A DNA stretch of 64,000 bases from an uncultured Chloroflexia bacterium (GCA_963704325.1 OY969885.1:1383188-1447187); one strand, 5' to 3'. Shown: positions 9,865 to 19,119, counted from the stretch's first letter. Notes: generated by a model from the letters alone, not told the origin. Made by a program: numbers and translations.

Positions 9865-10361
9865 AGGAGTCGCTGCCGACGCCCGAAGAATGGGCCGCGG
9901 TCAAGCGCGAGCCGGCCGGCATGGCAGGCGCCGCGGATGAGCTGGCGCATGTCTCGCTGCCGGCGGCTCTGCTGCAGGAGGTGATCGACGCGGCCAGGGA
10001 CGGGCTGCCCAACGAGTCATGTGGGCTACTGGTCAGTGACCGCTACGCGGCGGATGGCGGGACACCGTCGCGCTACATCGCCTTGCGCAACGCGGCGGAG
10101 TCGCCCTACCGCTACCTGATCGACCCCCAGGAGCAGCTCCGCGTGTGGATCGCGATCGAAGACGCCGACGAGGTCGTTTGGGCGATCGTCCACTCCCATG
10201 TGGCATCCCTCGCACGGCCGTCCGCGACTGACGTGGGCCTGGCCTACTTCCCGGATTCGCTGTACGTGATCTGTTCGCTTGCCGCCGCGGATCAGCCGGA
10301 GGTCCGCGCCTGGTCCATCCACGACGGCAATGTCACCGAGGTTCAGCTAGGCGTCGCCTAG
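9858..10361 (+). CDS. mec: Mov34/MPN/JAMM metalloprotease (Mec+-like)
   Basis: The JAMM motif HSHVASLARPSATD (HxHx7Sx2D) is preceded by ...ESCGLLV. The start overlaps the cysM stop. Confidence 0.8.
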   Translation: MVKESLPTPEEWAAVKREPAGMAGAADELAHVSLPAALLQEVIDAARDGLPNESCGLLVSDRYAADGGTPSRYIALRNAAESPYRYLIDPQEQLRVWIAIEDADEVVWAIVHSHVASLARPSATDVGLAYFPDSLYVICSLAAADQPEVRAWSIHDGNVTEVQLGVA

Positions 10362-11184
10362 CAAGCGCTTCGACGAACGACTCCTCAGTGGGCGTTGAGC
10401 CCAGACCGGCCGCCGCGCCTGCACGGGCAGCAAGGGGTGGTTCGAGATACGTCGAGCGGAGCACCTCCCAGCTGGGTTCGGCGAACGCTTCGTGAACCGG
10501 CGCGTCGAGCACAACCCGCCCATCGCGCATGACGATGATCCGCTCGAATGCCTGCGCGACGAAGCCCATGTCGTGGCTGATCGCGACCACGGTCCGCCCA
10601 TGGGCTGACAGCGCGCGAACGATCCCGACCACGCGCTCGATTCCGCGGCGGTCCTGGCCGGTGGTCGGCTCGTCAAGGACGATTGCCGGGGTGCCCATGG
10701 CCAGGATCGATGCGAGCGCCAGCAGCTTGCGCTCGGAGAAGCCGAGGTCGTACGGGTTCGAGTCGGCGTGAGCCTCCAGTCCAACCGATTGGAGGGACTC
10801 CGCGACGGCGTTGTCCAGGGCTTCACCGCGCAGCCCCAGATTGCGCGCCCCGAAGCCGACTTCAGCGCGGACGCGGGCGGAGAAGATCTGGCGGTCCGGG
10901 TTCTGGAAGCTGATGGCGACGTCGCGCGCCAGCTGCGCCACGTGGCGGCGCGCGGTGTCCTTTCCGTTGACGAGGACGCGACCTTCCGTGGGCCGCAGCA
11001 GCCCGTTGAAGTGACGCACGAGCGTGGACTTGCCCGATCCGTTCTGGCCCACGATGGCCACGCGCTCGCCGGCCGCGATGCTGAGCGACACGCCCTCCAG
11101 CGCGCGGGTGCCATCGGGGTACGCGAAGCTGACGTTCTCGATGGCCAGCGCGACGCCGGTGCGACCGGCGGATTCGGCGCTCAT
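10333..11184 (-). CDS. ECF transporter ATPase component (EcfA-type ABC ATP-binding protein)
   Basis: GQNGSGKST, LSGGQ-like FSERK, DEPTTGQD. The ATG at 11184 overlaps the upstream stop by 4 nt. Confidence 0.85.
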   Translation of the reverse strand: MSAESAGRTGVALAIENVSFAYPDGTRALEGVSLSIAAGERVAIVGQNGSGKSTLVRHFNGLLRPTEGRVLVNGKDTARRHVAQLARDVAISFQNPDRQIFSARVRAEVGFGARNLGLRGEALDNAVAESLQSVGLEAHADSNPYDLGFSERKLLALASILAMGTPAIVLDEPTTGQDRRGIERVVGIVRALSAHGRTVVAISHDMGFVAQAFERIIVMRDGRVVLDAPVHEAFAEPSWEVLRSTYLEPPLAARAGAAAGLGSTPTEESFVEALARRRLAEPR

Positions 11185-11984
11185 GTCCAGCCGTCGTCCC
11201 ACGGCTGGCCGGCCGACTCGACCGCCCGACGCAGGCGCACCGGCGCCGGGGGCGCCACTCCCCAGCTTTCCAGGCTAGCGTCGCTGAGGACATCCGCCGT
11301 CTCTCCGCTCGCGACGACCCGTCCGCGATCGAGCACGACCACCTCGTCGCACATGCCCGACAGCAGGTCCGTTTTGTGCTCCACGATCAGGATGCCCGCC
11401 CCGGTCGTGCGTGCCAGACGCTCGAGCGCATCGCCCACCAGGCGGGTGCCGAGCGGATCGAGCTGGCTGGTCGGCTCGTCGAGCACCAGGTACGCCGGCC
11501 GCAGCGCGACGACGCCGGCCAGCGCGACCAGCTGGGCCTGGCCGCCGGACAGCCTGCCCGGGTCACGCTCCACGATTTCGCGGATGCCGAGGACGTCCAC
11601 CGCGGACCAGACGCGCTCGACCAGCTCGTCCAGCGGCAGGCCCAGGTTGCGCGGACCGAACGCGACCTCCTCCCAGACGTTGGGGGCCGAGCCGGACAGC
11701 TGGGTATGCGGCTCCTGGAAGAGGATTCCCGTGCGCTGGGCAAGTTCCGCGGCAGAAGCGGCAGAGGTGCCCAGTTCGTCGATGAGCACGGCTCCAGTGA
11801 GATCGCCACCGATCGTCCGCGGGGCGAGGCCGACGGCGGCCAGGCACAGCGTCGACTTGCCCGCGCCATTGGGCCCGACCACACCCACGATCTGCCCCGG
11901 CGCCACCTCCAGGCTGATCCCGTCCAGCACCAGCGCATTCGACCCGGCGTACCGGTAGCCCACGTTGTGGAAGACGAGGCTCAT
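11181..11984 (-). CDS. ECF transporter ATPase component (second EcfA)
   Basis: GPNGAGKST, LSGGQAQ, LDEPTSQLD. ATG at 11984 (MSLVFHNVGYRY). Confidence 0.85.
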   Translation of the reverse strand: MSLVFHNVGYRYAGSNALVLDGISLEVAPGQIVGVVGPNGAGKSTLCLAAVGLAPRTIGGDLTGAVLIDELGTSAASAAELAQRTGILFQEPHTQLSGSAPNVWEEVAFGPRNLGLPLDELVERVWSAVDVLGIREIVERDPGRLSGGQAQLVALAGVVALRPAYLVLDEPTSQLDPLGTRLVGDALERLARTTGAGILIVEHKTDLLSGMCDEVVVLDRGRVVASGETADVLSDASLESWGVAPPAPVRLRRAVESAGQPWDDGWT

Positions 11985-12631
11985 GGCAGCGCCGCCACGA
12001 AACCGGTCAGGGCTGCGACAACGAGGGCGATTGCAAGGAGAGCCAGGCCCCATCGCAGTGACCGCTGGGCGGCGCTGTCGGGATATGCGCGCAGCACGGA
12101 GCGCCGGCCCGGAGCGGAGAACGCGCGCGCCTCGAGGGCCATCGTCCGATGCTCCACCTCTGTCAGCGCGCCCAGGACGAGCGGCCCGGACAGCGGCACG
12201 AGGCCGCGCAGCCGGGAGCGCAGGCCGCCCTGCGTGTCCAGGCCGCGCGCGCGCTGGGCATCGACGATCTCGCGCGCGCGCTCGGCCATGCGCGGCACGG
12301 TGCCGATGGCCGTGCTCAGGATGAACGCGCCGCGCCGGCCCAGCCCGCGCCGCTCCAGGTCGTCGACCAGCTCGTCCGTGCGCGTCGTCAGCGCGAAGAG
12401 GGCGACCGACGATGCGAAGGCCAGCACGCGCAGTGATGCCTGGCCGGCCTCCGTCAGGCCGCTGCCGGTCGCGCTCAACGGCCCGAGGGTGAAGGCCACG
12501 TCCGTGGCCGGATAGAGAAACGTGTTGATCAGAATGATCGAGATGAGCAGCGGCGATGTGGCCAGCAGGTAGGGCACCAGTCGACGGCCCACCCGCGCGT
12601 AGGCGATCAGGCCAAGCATCACTACCAGCAC
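11981..12631 (-). CDS. ecfT: ECF transporter transmembrane T component (EcfT/CbiQ). The true start is probably upstream of the first canonical start codon.
   Basis: CbiQ-like TM protein. The frame stays open about 43 codons further upstream and encodes the conserved EcfT N-terminus ...ERGPYRSLNPTTKLVVAFASALIAF, but with no ATG/GTG/TTG. Only CTG at 12758-12760 is in frame. Confidence 0.65.
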   Translation of the reverse strand: MLVVMLGLIAYARVGRRLVPYLLATSPLLISIILINTFLYPATDVAFTLGPLSATGSGLTEAGQASLRVLAFASSVALFALTTRTDELVDDLERRGLGRRGAFILSTAIGTVPRMAERAREIVDAQRARGLDTQGGLRSRLRGLVPLSGPLVLGALTEVEHRTMALEARAFSAPGRRSVLRAYPDSAAQRSLRWGLALLAIALVVAALTGFVAALP

Positions 12632-12789
12632 GACGATCGGCGCGGTCCAGCCGCGAACGCCGAACGCGATCAGCGCGCTGGCGAAGGCGACGACAAGCTT
12701 CGTTGTTGGGTTGAGGCTTCGATATGGACCTCGCTCTGGTCGAGCGACGAAATCGGGCAGGCCGCGCGACGACGCGGCGGCGGGGCTCG

Positions 12790-13638
12790 TTACGACGCCG
12801 CGTCCACCGGCGGCAGTGGCTCGTCCACTGGCCGGGTCAGCTTGGGACCGAGCGGGAACCGGGCCAGGAAGCGCGGCGAGAGGCTGACCAGGATCGCGTA
12901 GACCACGAAGCTCGTGATCAGCTTGTCAATGGGATCACTGAAGAACCCTTGTCCGAGCGAGGCCGTGATCACGTCCGCGCCGCCCTGTCGGAGCGCGGCG
13001 ACGATCAGGTCCGTGCCCGATCCGGTCACGCCGCCGAACAGGATGGCGGAGATGGGCGCGGAGACGATCGCCGCGACGACGCCGGTCGCGATGCCGGCAA
13101 TCGCCACCCATAGCGGCGCAAGATCGCGCCGGGCAAAGATGAACCCGACCACGACCAGGGCCATGATGATCGCGATGGTCACTGCGGCTGGAACCGCCCA
13201 GGCGACGAACCCGCCCTGCTCGGGATCCAGGTAGATGGGGTTGCTGATCAGGGGCAGCACGACGAGCAAGGCCAGCGCCGCGGCGATGAGCGCGCCTATC
13301 CACAGCCGCGGGCCACCGGCCGGCCGTGGCCTGAACAGGCCCATCTGTCCCCAGATGCCGGCCAGCAGGCCGATCACCGCGGCGACGATGAAGAAGGGTC
13401 CGATCGTGCCGCCACCGATGACCGGCGCGTACTGCCAGATCAGGTTGGTCAACGCGCCGGTGAGTGCGCCGGCGAGGGGGCCGGCAAGGACGCCGACGAA
13501 GATCGTGCCGATCGAATCGAGGTAGATGGGCAGCTTGAGAACGGTCTGGACCACGTACCCGAGCACGATGTTGATCGCGATCGCGACCGGGATGAGCACG
13601 ATCACCCGGGTGGTGAACTGCCTCGAAATCCAGCTCAT
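12790..13638 (-). CDS. ECF transporter substrate-specific S component (unusually long, 282 aa)
   Basis: Multi-pass hydrophobic protein at the head of the ecfS-T-A-A' gene string, directly downstream of a nucleoside hydrolase. Confidence 0.7.
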   Translation of the reverse strand: MSWISRQFTTRVIVLIPVAIAINIVLGYVVQTVLKLPIYLDSIGTIFVGVLAGPLAGALTGALTNLIWQYAPVIGGGTIGPFFIVAAVIGLLAGIWGQMGLFRPRPAGGPRLWIGALIAAALALLVVLPLISNPIYLDPEQGGFVAWAVPAAVTIAIIMALVVVGFIFARRDLAPLWVAIAGIATGVVAAIVSAPISAILFGGVTGSGTDLIVAALRQGGADVITASLGQGFFSDPIDKLITSFVVYAILVSLSPRFLARFPLGPKLTRPVDEPLPPVDAAS

Positions 13639-13673
13639 TGCGTTCGGCCTCCCTGCCCTCTTGCGCTTCGCGC

Positions 13674-14660
13674 TCAGATTGCCACGTTAGCGCGCGCCGT
13701 GGCCAGCTTTGCGACACGTTCGACGAAGCGCGCAAAGAAGGATTCCACGTCCGCCTCCAGGGCGATGTCCAGGTTCGGCTCTCGACCCCAATGCTGGCGC
13801 CAGTCGGTCACGGTCTGGCCAGCGGTCAGCGATCCCGTCAACTCGACCTGCACGGTCAGGGCGCTGGTCTGGATCAGCGAGGGGTCCAGGGCCGCCGCGA
13901 CCGCCAGGGCGTCGTGGATGAAGGCGCCGTAGAAGCCGTCGTACCTGGCGTGATACTCCATGTAGAAGCGCAGCGCGTCCTCCACGAAGCGCACGAGCGG
14001 CGGTGCAGGCGGCCCGCCCGCCGCGGCGCTCAGTTGGAGCAGATGGTCGGGCAGCATCCTGGCCGTCTCGGTGACATCGAGACCCAGCGCCACCGGCCGC
14101 CCCGCGGCAGGCATCTCGGCCCAGCCGTCGAGCACCGCCTGCATGGCATCGGGATCGACTGCAACGTTCCACTCGCTGGTCGGTGTCGTGTTGCCCGGCG
14201 AGCGGTATGCGCCGGCCATCATGACCAGGCCACGCAAGAGCCTGGGCAGCTCCGGCTCACGCTCCAGCGCGACTGCAAGATTGGTGAGTGGCCCGAGCGT
14301 GATCATGGTCACCTCGCCCGGCGCCGACCGTGCTGCGTCCACGATGACGTCCGCGCCGTGACGGGTGCTGAGCGACGCACGAGCAGGCGGCAGCTCTGCG
14401 TAGCCCAGGCCGCGCGGACCGTGCGTGTCCTCCGCGGTCATCCGCTGCCGGACGAGCGGCACCTCACGGCCGAGCGCCACCTCCACGTCAGCGCGACCGC
14501 CCAGCTCGAGCACCGCGAGGGTGTTCTGGGCAACCTGTCGCGCCTCGACGTTACCCGAGGTGCACGTCACGGCCAGGATGTCGGCCTCCGGCGACGCGCA
14601 CGCGTAGAGCAGCGCCAGTGCATCGTCTATGCCCGTGTCGACGTCGATCAGCAGCTTCAT
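13674..14660 (-). CDS. nucleoside hydrolase (inosine-uridine preferring, IunH/RihA family)
   Basis: N-terminal MKLLIDVDTGIDDALAL (DxDxxxDD Ca-binding motif). 328 aa. Confidence 0.85.
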   Translation of the reverse strand: MKLLIDVDTGIDDALALLYACASPEADILAVTCTSGNVEARQVAQNTLAVLELGGRADVEVALGREVPLVRQRMTAEDTHGPRGLGYAELPPARASLSTRHGADVIVDAARSAPGEVTMITLGPLTNLAVALEREPELPRLLRGLVMMAGAYRSPGNTTPTSEWNVAVDPDAMQAVLDGWAEMPAAGRPVALGLDVTETARMLPDHLLQLSAAAGGPPAPPLVRFVEDALRFYMEYHARYDGFYGAFIHDALAVAAALDPSLIQTSALTVQVELTGSLTAGQTVTDWRQHWGREPNLDIALEADVESFFARFVERVAKLATARANVAI

Positions 14661-14685
14661 CGGTCGTCCCGCAGACTACATAGCG

Positions 14686-15372
14686 ATGACCGTGGATGGA
14701 GTCGCGATCTTGGCTCGCATGCGCCTGCGCGTGTACGAGCATTTCGTGGAGCACGGCGTGCCGCCCGTCGTTGAGCAGCTGATGGCTGAGTTCCAACTGT
14801 CACGCGCTGAAACCGTGTCAGCCCTGGGCGGCCTGGCCGAAAGGCGCGACGTCGCCCTGGTCAAAGGCACCGCGCGCATCCTGATGGCGTGGCCGTTCTC
14901 CGCCGTTGCGACTCCGTTCGTGGTGCGCGCTGGCGGCCGAGCGTACTTCGCCAACTGCTCCTGGGATTCGATCGCCTTCCATGCGCTGTTGCGCCAGCCG
15001 ATCCGGATCGAGTCGCACTGCCACCACTGTGCCGCCGCGATCGCGATCGATATGGAAGATGGCCGCGCCGCGCGCGTTGAGCCGTCGGCGACAATCGTCT
15101 ACCTGGCCCTGCGGCCCACTCAGTGGTGGGAGGACATCATCACGACCTGCTCGAACACGATGGTCTTCTTTTGCTCCGCGGAGCATCGCGATGCGTCCGA
15201 CCTGACTGCGTCGCCCGACCAGGCGGCTTCGCTGACGCCCGATCAGGTGCACCTTCTGAGCATTCCGCTCTACGAGGGCCGCCTCGAGCTCGACTACGAG
15301 CGTCCCGGACGTGAAGCGCTCAACTCGCTCTTCGCTCGCCTTGGCCTGACCGGCCCCTACTGGCAGATCTGA
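14686..15372 (+). CDS. alkylmercury (organomercurial) lyase MerB-family protein
   Basis: AYFANCSWDSIAFHALL and HCHHCAA correspond to the MerB catalytic Cys/Asp/Cys positions. ATG at 14686 chosen; 14719 is an alternative. Confidence 0.65.
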   Translation: MTVDGVAILARMRLRVYEHFVEHGVPPVVEQLMAEFQLSRAETVSALGGLAERRDVALVKGTARILMAWPFSAVATPFVVRAGGRAYFANCSWDSIAFHALLRQPIRIESHCHHCAAAIAIDMEDGRAARVEPSATIVYLALRPTQWWEDIITTCSNTMVFFCSAEHRDASDLTASPDQAASLTPDQVHLLSIPLYEGRLELDYERPGREALNSLFARLGLTGPYWQI

Positions 15373-15857
15373 TGGGCAGCGAAAGGTTCGTTTCGATCAT
15401 CGTGGGTAGTCGGTCCGATCTGGAGATCGTCCAGAAGGCGGCCGATCTGCTCAGCAAGCTGGGCGTGGCCAACGAGCTGCGCGTGATATCTGCCCATCGT
15501 GCTCCGGACCTGCTGGAGAGCTACGTGAGCGGCGCACTGGAGCGCGGAGTGAGCGTCTTCATCTGCGCCGCCGGCCTCGCCGCGCACCTGCCCGGCGTGG
15601 TCGCGTCCAAGACGACCCTGCCGGTGATCGGGCTGCCCATGCCGGGCAACGTGGCCGGCGGCCTGGACGCGCTCCTGTCCATCGTCCAGATGCCCAAGGG
15701 GGTGCCCGTTGCCAGCGTCGGAATCGGCCAGGCGGAGAATGCTGCGCTCCTCGCCGCGCAGATGCTCGGCCTGTCCGACGAGCGGGTGGCGCAGGCTGTG
15801 GCGGACCACCGATCCGACGCCCGACGGCAGATCGAGCAGGATCCCACCAACCAGTAG
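15372..15857 (+). CDS. purE: N5-carboxyaminoimidazole ribonucleotide mutase PurE
   Basis: IIVGSRSDLEIVQKA...ISAHRAP...AGLAAHLPGVVAS is diagnostic for PurE. Confidence 0.9.
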   Translation: MGSERFVSIIVGSRSDLEIVQKAADLLSKLGVANELRVISAHRAPDLLESYVSGALERGVSVFICAAGLAAHLPGVVASKTTLPVIGLPMPGNVAGGLDALLSIVQMPKGVPVASVGIGQAENAALLAAQMLGLSDERVAQAVADHRSDARRQIEQDPTNQ

Positions 15858-16106
15858 TTGGGCCAACTGGACATGGGCCAACCCGAGTTGGCCTAGACCG
15901 CTCACTCCGGTTTGCACCGGGCGGCACAAGCCGCCGGATTACTTGCTCGGCGACACCCTGAAGTCCGCTGTAGCGGTCGGATGTTGCGTCCGACCCAAAA
16001 TTGGATCGCAATCCACTCGGTTGCCGGCCCCCCACGCGCCAATGCCGGCCGTTTGTGCCACGAGGTGCAAACCCGCCCGTGCTGTGCTGCCAAATAGACT
16101 GGCGCC

Positions 16107-16484
16107 GTGATAGAGCTCGACCGGCAGGGCCATCCGCCGGTGGATCCGCGCAAGCCGCAGCGTCTTCCTGAAGCGAAGCCGCCCGTTCTCGGCGACTGGT
16201 TCATCTACCTGTCCGTCGTCGTGCTCATCTGCGGCGTGGTGGCAATCACGGCGTTTGAGTTCGGCAGCCCGTTGACGTCTGCGTTCGTCCGCTTCCCGGC
16301 GCTTATCGCGTTCGGCCTGCTGGTCGTGCTGTCGGCTGATGGAGCGGTGAGAGCCTGGCGGTCGGCATGGGTCTGGCTGCCGGTCGATCGCGTGCGTGGC
16401 TTGCAAAGGTTTGTTTGGGCGGCAGTTTTGGCGGGAATCCTGATCGGGAGCATCGGCGCCATCTGGTTCCTCGTCACACGGTGA
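16107..16484 (+). CDS. small integral membrane protein, hypothetical
   Basis: 125 aa with 3 predicted TM helices. Confidence 0.5.
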   Translation: MIELDRQGHPPVDPRKPQRLPEAKPPVLGDWFIYLSVVVLICGVVAITAFEFGSPLTSAFVRFPALIAFGLLVVLSADGAVRAWRSAWVWLPVDRVRGLQRFVWAAVLAGILIGSIGAIWFLVTR

Positions 16485-17083
16485 GCGACGGTCCAAACGG
16501 CCAGGCGGGCGTACCGCGTTGGATGGCGGCCAACCTGCGCTTCTGCTCGCGCTGTGGCGCGCCGCTGTTCTATGGGCCGTTGCCCATGGAGACGCGCGAC
16601 CGCCTCGCATGCGACGCGTGCGGCTTCATCGCCTACGCCAATCCGCGCCTCGTGGTGAGCACCCTGCCGGTGACCGAAGATGGCCACGTCATCCTGCTCC
16701 GGCGCGGCATCGAGCCCGCCTACGGTGCCTGGGCTCAGCCGGGTGGATTCCTGGAGATAGACGAGACCGCGCCTGAGGGCGCTGCCCGCGAAACGCTCGA
16801 GGAGACCGGGTTGATCGTCGAGCCGACGGAGGTCGTGGGCATCTACACCCGGCCCCAGGCGGCCGTGGTCGTGCTGGCCTGGGAGGCGCGCGTGGTCGGC
16901 GGCAATGCCGGGCCCACGGCCGAAAGCCTGGAAGTGCGCTCGTTTGAGCCGGACCGCATCCCGTGGCCGCTGATTGCCTTCCAGACAACCGCGTGGGCAC
17001 TCACCGATTGGCTGCGCCTGCGTCACCCACGCATCGCTGCGGCCGTGGCAGCAGAGGAACGCTGGCCGGACGAGTCTCCCTGA
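16481..17083 (+). CDS. NUDIX hydrolase with N-terminal zinc ribbon (NudC-like)
   Basis: CSRCGAPL...CDACG zinc ribbon. Nudix box GGFLEIDETAPEGAARETLEETGL. GTG at 16481; ATG at 16523 is an alternative. Confidence 0.75.
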   Translation: MSDGPNGQAGVPRWMAANLRFCSRCGAPLFYGPLPMETRDRLACDACGFIAYANPRLVVSTLPVTEDGHVILLRRGIEPAYGAWAQPGGFLEIDETAPEGAARETLEETGLIVEPTEVVGIYTRPQAAVVVLAWEARVVGGNAGPTAESLEVRSFEPDRIPWPLIAFQTTAWALTDWLRLRHPRIAAAVAAEERWPDESP

Positions 17084-17090
17084 TCCTGGC

Positions 17091-17390
17091 CTAGATCGTG
17101 GCGATGTTTGAGACGCCGCCCACCACGCCGGCCATGACGCCGAACACGAACAGGCCCACGGCCAGGTTTCGGCGGCGTGTGGCGATGATGAACATCAGAC
17201 CCGCGGCAAAGGCCACGGTCACGACCTTGGCCAGCGTCAGTCCGGCGAGGCCGATCTCCTGGTGGAGCAGCACCACGACAGGGTTCGCCTCTGCGGCCAG
17301 CCCATGGCGGCCGATCATGACCAGGAACGATGCGTAGTCAAAGAAGTGCGCGAGAGCGAGTACGCCCATTGCTATCGCGTAGTGGGGCAC
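17091..17390 (-). CDS. small membrane protein, hypothetical
   Basis: 99 aa with 3 TM helices. Confidence 0.45.
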   Translation of the reverse strand: MPHYAIAMGVLALAHFFDYASFLVMIGRHGLAAEANPVVVLLHQEIGLAGLTLAKVVTVAFAAGLMFIIATRRRNLAVGLFVFGVMAGVVGGVSNIATI

Positions 17391-17631
17391 GGTCTTCCGA
17401 TCCAGCTGTGGACGGGACCGGGCTCGCCATTGCTCCGCGCGACCTACGGCGACCGATTGGTTTAGCCGCGCATCTCAGCTTCCCGAACTAGGTCCTGATA
17501 CTCAGGCGTGGCCGCGCTCCTGTCGATATCAGAAGCATGTACGTGTTGACCGAAGTCAACGGCCATGTACACCTCACCCCCTCGCACCCCGGTCGAGCGC
17601 ACAGGACCCGTAGTACCCAGGTCAGGGGTAC

Positions 17632-19119
17632 TCAGCTCAGGTCGACGAAGACGTTCTTGACCTCTGTGTACAGGTCCAGCGCGTTCATGCCCAGCTCGCG
17701 CCCCAGCCCGGACATCTTGTAGCCACCGAAGGGAGCCTCGGTATGGATCGTGTCGTTGCTGTTGACGGCGACCGTGCCGGCACGAATGCCCTTCGCCACG
17801 CGCAACGCGCGGCTTATGTCGCGCGTCCAGACACTCCCGGCCAGGCCGAACGGCGTTGAGTTGGCAATCTGAAGCGCCTCCTCTTCGGTGTCGAAGGCGA
17901 TGATGCCCACAACCGGACCAAAGATCTCCTCGCGGATGAAGCGCATGTCGGACCGCGCGGCATCGAAGATGGTCGGCGCCAGGAACGCGCCGTTGGCCAG
18001 CGCAGCGTCGTCCGGCGCGCCGCCGCCCTGGACCAGATGTGCTCCTTCCTCGCGCGCCGAATCGATGAACTCCTGCACCCGTTCGCGCTGGCGCATGCTG
18101 ACCAAACTGCCCACCTGGGTCCGCTCATCGGCCGGGTCACCCACGACCAGCCTGGCGGTCTGCTCGGCGAACAGCTCGACGACGCGGTCATGGACCGATC
18201 GCTCGACGATGATCCGGCTGCGCGCCGTGCAGTTCTGGCCGGCGTTGTCGAAGACGGACATCGGCGCCGCGGCCGCGAACTTCTCCAGGTCTGCATCGGC
18301 AAAGACGATGTTGGGGCTCTTGCCGCCCAGCTCGAGTGAGATCTTCTTCACGTTGTTGGCGGCCAGACGCATGATCTCCTGGCCGGTCGTGGTCTCACCT
18401 GTGAAGGCGACCTTGCCGACTCCCTGATGCGCCGCGATCGCCGCGCCAACGGTGCCACCCGGCCCGGTGACGACGTTGACAACGCCCGGCGGGAAGCCTG
18501 CCTCGAGCGCCAGCTCGGCCAGCCGGATGGCTGACAGCGGCGTGTACGACGCGGGCTTCAGGATGCACGTGTTACCCGTGGCGAGCGCCGGCCCGAGCTT
18601 CCACGCGGCCATGTTCTGGGGGAAGTTCCAGGGCACGATCATGCCCACCACGCCGATCGGCTCGCGCAGCGTGAAATCCAGTCCGGGCATCGATGTTGGG
18701 ATCGTCTCGCCGAAGTGCTTGTTGGCCGCGCCGGCGTAGTACTCGAGCACGAGGCTGACCGCGAACGACTCGTTGCGCGAGCTGGTGATCGGCTTGCCCA
18801 CGTTCTCGCGATCGATCTGGGCCAGCTCCTCCACGTTCCGCTTGACCAGCTCGGAGTACTTCTGGAGCGTACGGCCGCGCTTTGCCGCGGACCACTTGGA
18901 GTAGGGCCCTTCAAGCGCCTTCTGTGCCGCCTGGACCGCGCGGTCAACGTCCGCCTTGCCGGCCAGGGGCACGTTGGCGATGACCTCACCCGTGGCTGGG
19001 TTGTGCACCTCGAACGTCTGGCCGTCCAGAGCGTCGACTTGCTCCCCGCCGATGATCATCCGGGCGGTGCGCGGCACTCCGGCCTGCGTGGACGCGGCCG
19101 GTTCCTGCTCGACCGTCAT
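17632..19119 (-). CDS. NAD(P)-dependent aldehyde dehydrogenase
   Basis: 495 aa. Catalytic GQNCTA Cys motif and ELGGKSP Glu motif. Confidence 0.9.
   Translation of the reverse strand: MTVEQEPAASTQAGVPRTARMIIGGEQVDALDGQTFEVHNPATGEVIANVPLAGKADVDRAVQAAQKALEGPYSKWSAAKRGRTLQKYSELVKRNVEELAQIDRENVGKPITSSRNESFAVSLVLEYYAGAANKHFGETIPTSMPGLDFTLREPIGVVGMIVPWNFPQNMAAWKLGPALATGNTCILKPASYTPLSAIRLAELALEAGFPPGVVNVVTGPGGTVGAAIAAHQGVGKVAFTGETTTGQEIMRLAANNVKKISLELGGKSPNIVFADADLEKFAAAAPMSVFDNAGQNCTARSRIIVERSVHDRVVELFAEQTARLVVGDPADERTQVGSLVSMRQRERVQEFIDSAREEGAHLVQGGGAPDDAALANGAFLAPTIFDAARSDMRFIREEIFGPVVGIIAFDTEEEALQIANSTPFGLAGSVWTRDISRALRVAKGIRAGTVAVNSNDTIHTEAPFGGYKMSGLGRELGMNALDLYTEVKNVFVDLS

Noticed and set aside
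10347-11114. Large alternative-frame ORFs inside the ECF ATPase genes (e.g. 10347..11114, 11387..11938, 11376..12515, 12935..13735)
   Set aside because: These overlap genes that carry Walker A/B and signature motifs. They are Arg/Ala/Pro-rich GC-frame shadows.
16205-17026. 273-aa minus-strand ORF across the membrane protein and NUDIX genes
   Set aside because: It is antisense to two motif-bearing plus-strand genes (Zn ribbon plus Nudix box). Composition is Arg/Gly-rich.
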